Shown here: positions 59,889 through 64,000 of the stretch, piece after piece
Position numbering within the stretch: position 1 is the stretch's first letter
Layout: every line of letters begins with the position of its first letter
Source of the DNA: Andalucia godoyi And28
Lineage: Eukaryota > Protista > Jakobida
Direction of reading: 5' to 3'
NCBI GenBank assembly: GCA_009859145.1
Contig: VRVR01000046.1
Span: forward strand, 62,001-126,000
DNA: 64,000 nucleotides
Made by a program: the position numbers and the translations under genes
The notes under the pieces: model-generated
What the model was told of the DNA's origin: nothing
What the model saw: only the letters and a program-made list of their open reading frames with translations
The model's database searches: none

Positions 59889-60896
59889 ATGGAGTTAAGC
59901 GAGGCGGAAAAGAGGCTTGTGTGGGATCATGCATTTCGGAAAGCAGTGGCGATAGTGACATCGTCATCGTCGTCGTCGGTAGAAGAAGCGTCGAGTAGTG
60001 ACGACGAAGAGTTGCCCACTGCAGTGTTGGGATCGGTTGATTTTGCAGGGAATCGAGCGTCTGGCAGTGGATTAGGGACGGGGGACTTGTCGAATGAGGA
60101 CAAGTTGCAAGTGTATGCACTGTACAAGCAAGCAACAGAGGGTGATTTGCCGGTAGAGAGAGAGCGGCCCGGGTGGACACGGGCTGTGGAGAGAGCAAAG
60201 TTTGATGCATGGGCTAAAAAGAGAGGAATGAGTGGTCGTGATGCACAGATCGAGTATGTCCGACGAGTCTGTGGTGAGGGTGTTGTCGATCGCATTCATC
60301 ACGCGATTGCAGCTTGGCGCACGCACAGTCCCGGTCCCAGTCTCAGTCTCAGTCTCAGTCACAACGAGAGTCAGAGCCAGAGCCACGATGAGAGTCAATG
60401 GCCAAGCCAGAGTGAGAGCCAGAGCCAGAGCCGTGGCGCTGTGTCAAGGGAGAGGCTGAATGAGACGGCAGGTGAAGAAATGGAACGGGTTGAACGGCGG
60501 CTGGATGAAGAGAGTCGGAAGGGTAGCCTGGAGACTCGGCTTGGGATGCTGGTGGTGTCGCTGGAAGAGTCCGAGGTGCGGCTGCGTGAACTCGAGCAGC
60601 GCTCGATTGCAGCATTGGAAAAGGTGGAGCTGCGATTGGCTTCTTCGCACGAAGAAATGGTGCGGACACGAGAAGTGGTCTTGGAAAGACTTCGAGACGT
60701 CGCAATGGACAGGGCATCCGCTGTGCTCATTCCGACTCGTGGCGGCAGCAGCAGCATGTCGTGGACCGTGTTGCTCCGGAAGCTGACATTGTGGGGCGGG
60801 TTCACAATTGCGCTGGCTTGGGTCATTGTCCGCATTACAAACAGCCAGCACATCGCAGAAAGTGTGCGCAGAGTGCGCCGAGCAAAAAGGTTGTAA
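59889..60896 (+). CDS. acyl-CoA-binding domain protein with coiled coil and C-terminal TM anchor (ACBD4/5-like)
   Basis: EDKLQVYALYKQATEGD..ERAKFDAW..GMSGRDAQIEYV, a coiled coil, then hydrophobic LTLWGGFTIALAWVIV. Confidence 0.85.
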   Translation: MELSEAEKRLVWDHAFRKAVAIVTSSSSSSVEEASSSDDEELPTAVLGSVDFAGNRASGSGLGTGDLSNEDKLQVYALYKQATEGDLPVERERPGWTRAVERAKFDAWAKKRGMSGRDAQIEYVRRVCGEGVVDRIHHAIAAWRTHSPGPSLSLSLSHNESQSQSHDESQWPSQSESQSQSRGAVSRERLNETAGEEMERVERRLDEESRKGSLETRLGMLVVSLEESEVRLRELEQRSIAALEKVELRLASSHEEMVRTREVVLERLRDVAMDRASAVLIPTRGGSSSMSWTVLLRKLTLWGGFTIALAWVIVRITNSQHIAESVRRVRRAKRL

Positions 60897-60988
60897 AAAG
60901 GGAAAGTATACCGCCAGAAATTGCATGCAATGCTGTTTTCCACCCTGTTATCATGGAGGGAAAAAATGGATTTTCAACACAGATGGTT

Positions 60989-63022
60989 TTACTGCTGACT
61001 AGGGGCCGTGGAAAGATACACTGTTAGCCGCTGGATAAGATCGTCCTTTTTGCCTGTGGTAAGGATGCCTCGTGGTTTGAGAAGCTCCTTGATCTGCGCA
61101 ACGGTCATCCGCGAGATCTCCTGGGATTCCATAAGCTCGCGGAGCTGATCATCTGTCGTGGAATCAACATCGACGGCTCGGGCACGCTTTCGTGACTCCG
61201 AGGCTTCCGTCTTGGCCGCTTTGCTGCGTGTTGCGCTGTCGAGTTCGTCATTGTACGTGGGAGGGAAGAAGTGACGCGCAAATTCCTCCATCTCGGTCTT
61301 TGCTTTGCGCTCCATATGTTCAGAAGACGTGTATGTGAGGTCAGAAGGAAGCTCCGGAGCCCCTTCTCGCTGCAGTGCACGGTGCTGAAGAGCGACAAGG
61401 AATCGTGCCAGGGCAGGGTTGGGAAGCTGCCCCGACTTGTAATCATACGACAATCGATCCACGAGGCGGCGGCTCACAGCATCGCTTTGCTTCGTGGCAC
61501 TCGTTGGAGTACTCTGATCGGTGAACTTTGCGCCAAGATCAAGGGAGCGAAACTCTGAAGAGTACGGAAGCGGAACAATGCACATTCCTGGAGGCGCAAC
61601 CTGCGAGGTGGGGTCCACCGGATCAAGCACTTCATCCTGCGGAACCAGCGCAACAAACATGCACTTTCCACTGCGCCGGCGAACGATTCGTGCAATTGCG
61701 ATTCTTTTGTTCTGGAGCATACGGGCCCACAACGCTATGAAGGCCCGGGTGGAACCGGATACTTTCTTTTCGTTTGGGTACAAAAACGAGCAATGGCCGG
61801 AGTGGAACGTGCTTCGCAGAAAGGAAGCCTCCACAAATGCAAGAACCGTGATTTTCGGGTCGTCCTTGCTGATGTTCATGAGCGCCAGTTCTGAGTGCAG
61901 GAAAGTCACAGGACTGCCGCCGTACATGAATTCTTTGCCTCCTTGGGCTGCCATATCCATGACTTCGCCCGTATCAATGGAAATGTAGTTTGTTTTCAAA
62001 GACACATTGCGGAAGTCGTCCACCTTGACGACCGCAGTCCGGGGCTTCGTTGCTTTTCGCACAAGTGTGTAGACCGACACCGATAAGTCAAAAGATCGTC
62101 CGGACGGGTTAGGAATCGACAACGGAAAGGTCGTAAGTGCGCGTTTTCGAAAAGTCTGTTTGTTCATGCTGTCCACAATATCTTCCAACGAGGATGTGAT
62201 AATCTTGACAGGCGCATCCTCGTTTTCGAGATCACATTCCAAGCTAAGGGAATCGTCGGACTCTGGCGGTTGTTTGGTCAATTTCAGCACGTGACTCCAG
62301 AACTTTGCCTTTGCAAAGGACAGAGGATCTGCAACAAGAGGCAAGATGTTGACCAGGACGCCTTGGGAAAGCATGTCGCGCATCTTTTCAAGGCAGTTCC
62401 GCACTCCGAAGTCGACGCATGGATTCAAGTCGTAGGTGAGTAAGAAGATTCGGCGAAAATCCCAGGTCTTTGGCAACTTTGAAAACGCCAGGGACGCAAC
62501 ATAAAATGACCCCGCGAGCTTGACTTGCTCTGGTTTTCCAAAATCACACACGGTGACCAAACGGAGGGGATTTGCAGCAAGATTTTCCAGCTCTATGATC
62601 CGTTCTGCAGACGGAACATCAAGATCCTGCAAGACATAGACTCCTTCCTGCTGGACATGGTTCTTGCTTCGTTGCGCTCCAAAAAACAAGACTGCCACAC
62701 GATCGTTTTCAGCACTCAGTATCTTTTTCGAGTAAGTTGAGGCGACTGCCAGCAATGTTTTTTGAATCGGTGTTCGCATGGCCTTCACATCTTCCAACTC
62801 CAGCAGTTTCTCCTTTTGTTCCATGGTCGCATTTGGCTCTTTTTGAAGAAGATCCATCAAGGGAGGGAACATCGGAAGACGGCAATCAATCAGAAAGACA
62901 ACAGCATCGCGCGACGAAAACTCGACATCCTCCAGAAGATGCTGCTGCTCTGAATCACCACCGACCACAGTTTCAGTCCCATCGTCCCCTCCAATTGAAG
63001 AGGAATCTTCGTACCACGACAT
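60989..63022 (-). CDS. XRCC6: Ku70 (vWA, beta-barrel and SAP domains)
   Basis: RDAVVFLIDC, SGSTRAFIAL, FVALVPQDE, PPGMCIVPLPY, PNPAL and SAP MTVAQIKELL..GKKDDLIQRL. Start MSWYED 63022. Confidence 0.93.
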   Translation of the reverse strand: MSWYEDSSSIGGDDGTETVVGGDSEQQHLLEDVEFSSRDAVVFLIDCRLPMFPPLMDLLQKEPNATMEQKEKLLELEDVKAMRTPIQKTLLAVASTYSKKILSAENDRVAVLFFGAQRSKNHVQQEGVYVLQDLDVPSAERIIELENLAANPLRLVTVCDFGKPEQVKLAGSFYVASLAFSKLPKTWDFRRIFLLTYDLNPCVDFGVRNCLEKMRDMLSQGVLVNILPLVADPLSFAKAKFWSHVLKLTKQPPESDDSLSLECDLENEDAPVKIITSSLEDIVDSMNKQTFRKRALTTFPLSIPNPSGRSFDLSVSVYTLVRKATKPRTAVVKVDDFRNVSLKTNYISIDTGEVMDMAAQGGKEFMYGGSPVTFLHSELALMNISKDDPKITVLAFVEASFLRSTFHSGHCSFLYPNEKKVSGSTRAFIALWARMLQNKRIAIARIVRRRSGKCMFVALVPQDEVLDPVDPTSQVAPPGMCIVPLPYSSEFRSLDLGAKFTDQSTPTSATKQSDAVSRRLVDRLSYDYKSGQLPNPALARFLVALQHRALQREGAPELPSDLTYTSSEHMERKAKTEMEEFARHFFPPTYNDELDSATRSKAAKTEASESRKRARAVDVDSTTDDQLRELMESQEISRMTVAQIKELLKPRGILTTGKKDDLIQRLTVYLSTAPSQQ

Positions 63023-63387
63023 TCCTCGGCAATCAAAACACGTCTTCAAAACAGCACACACCACCACACACGACACCACATATACACATATGCACAGAAA
63101 CGCACAGAAGAAAATGCACAGAAAATGCACCGAGTCGGAGTACTCACGTGAGTTTTCTCAACGATTCGTGAAAAGCGGGTATTACAACTGCTCAAGATTG
63201 AGTCCTTAACGACTGTCAGCGAAGCATCAATTTCGGTTAAACTCGGTATTTCCTTTCGTTTATTATAGCATATTCTGTAATTGTTTGTCATTATTTTCAC
63301 TATTTTTGATGGCTTTTCTTTTTTCTTCTGTGTTTTTTTTTTGAATTCAAGGATTTGCGATTGTACATACTTGGGATAAATGAAGAG

Positions 63388-64000
63388 ATGGAAGGCTCAC
63401 GAAGCGGGAAGAGGAAAGGTGAAGACGCAATGAAACCAGCCGTTTCGCTGTCTGATCAGTTCACGAGGATCCGAATGAAGCTTGCCGAAACTCTCAGACG
63501 AGATGTTTGGGTGGAGCATGAAATGAACAGCTTGATCGATGAGGAGCTATGCCGCCTGTGCAGCCAACTTCATATTAACGATGCCGGGCCTCGAAAGAGC
63601 AATATACATAATTCACATTCCGCTGCATACCCTGCGAAATGCACGTCGGCCTCTGCTTCGTTTGTCAGCGAAGGAGGCCTGCACGAGGCTTCTGAACAGC
63701 CCAGCTTGTTTCCAGCACGGGCGGCTGCTTCAAAAAAAAAGCTAGAGCACAAGCGTCCGCGTTACATGTGGTCAACAGCTGCGGTGGAGGTCCGATCCGA
63801 GCGTCCGCAACGAGTGCCTTATCGGACAGCTTTCGAGCACCGCATATCCGCAAAGGCCGCAAATCGAAATCATGACGGATATTCAGTTCAAACGGACGTA
63901 TTGCTGCGTGCGTCGACATCGGTGAAACAGCAGGAGAATGATCATGGAGCGCAGAAACAACCGGCCGTCCCGTTTTTGGACAAATTGCTCGAGTGCCTCG
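63388..64000 (+). CDS. 3'-partial hypothetical protein
   Basis: ATG at 63388 (MEGSRSGKRK), with the frame open to the window end. Confidence 0.55.
   Translation, partial: MEGSRSGKRKGEDAMKPAVSLSDQFTRIRMKLAETLRRDVWVEHEMNSLIDEELCRLCSQLHINDAGPRKSNIHNSHSAAYPAKCTSASASFVSEGGLHEASEQPSLFPARAAASKKKLEHKRPRYMWSTAAVEVRSERPQRVPYRTAFEHRISAKAANRNHDGYSVQTDVLLRASTSVKQQENDHGAQKQPAVPFLDKLLECL

Noticed and set aside
412-60943. Many antisense or alternative-frame ORFs in the track (e.g. 812..1570, 58405..59355, 17573..17971)
   Set aside because: They are shadows of real CDS on the opposite strand or frame, produced by low stop-codon density and codon repeats.
4761-63022. Apparent cluster of chromosome-maintenance genes (separase, KIF22, RAP1, Ku70)
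   Set aside because: Spread over 58 kb among unrelated housekeeping genes. No evidence of linkage beyond gene density.

Overview
Gene-dense eukaryotic (protist-like) nuclear DNA. About 30 mostly intronless CDS are separated by short AT-rich spacers carrying microsatellites. Recognisable genes: RsmE, separase, MPC1, an ankyrin-RING E3, a Tctex1-domain light chain, TAF13, mitochondrial ferredoxin, KIF22-like kinesin, RAP1, LysM, RCC1 and LRR proteins, a FixL-type PAS adenylyl cyclase, a head-to-head GCN20/ABCF3 + truncated GCN1 pair, MTMR14, DUF1697, SRD5A3, BRAP2, RPL27A, HIBADH, an ACBP-domain protein and Ku70. There are two tRNAs, Glu-UUC and an unusual Ile-GAU. The main hidden signal is five intergenic relics of an IS607-type TnpA + Fanzor2 (eukaryotic TnpB) element: C ~3148-3575 (+), A 8577-8956 (+), D1 ~13809-14211 (+), B 35760-36395 (-) and D2 ~51200-51456 (-). 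Their protein-coding parts are destroyed by deletions and frameshifts. All five keep a right-end module with the same fold: two hairpins (GNRA/UUCG-capped in A, B and C) with compensatory changes, plus a 5'-to-3'-end pairing. This is what an omegaRNA guide scaffold should look like, and each copy is followed by a different flank (candidate guide). Shared deletion junctions (A=B, D1=D2) imply copying after inactivation. All family assignments are by eye from motifs. No database search was run, and the host taxon cannot be fixed from this window.
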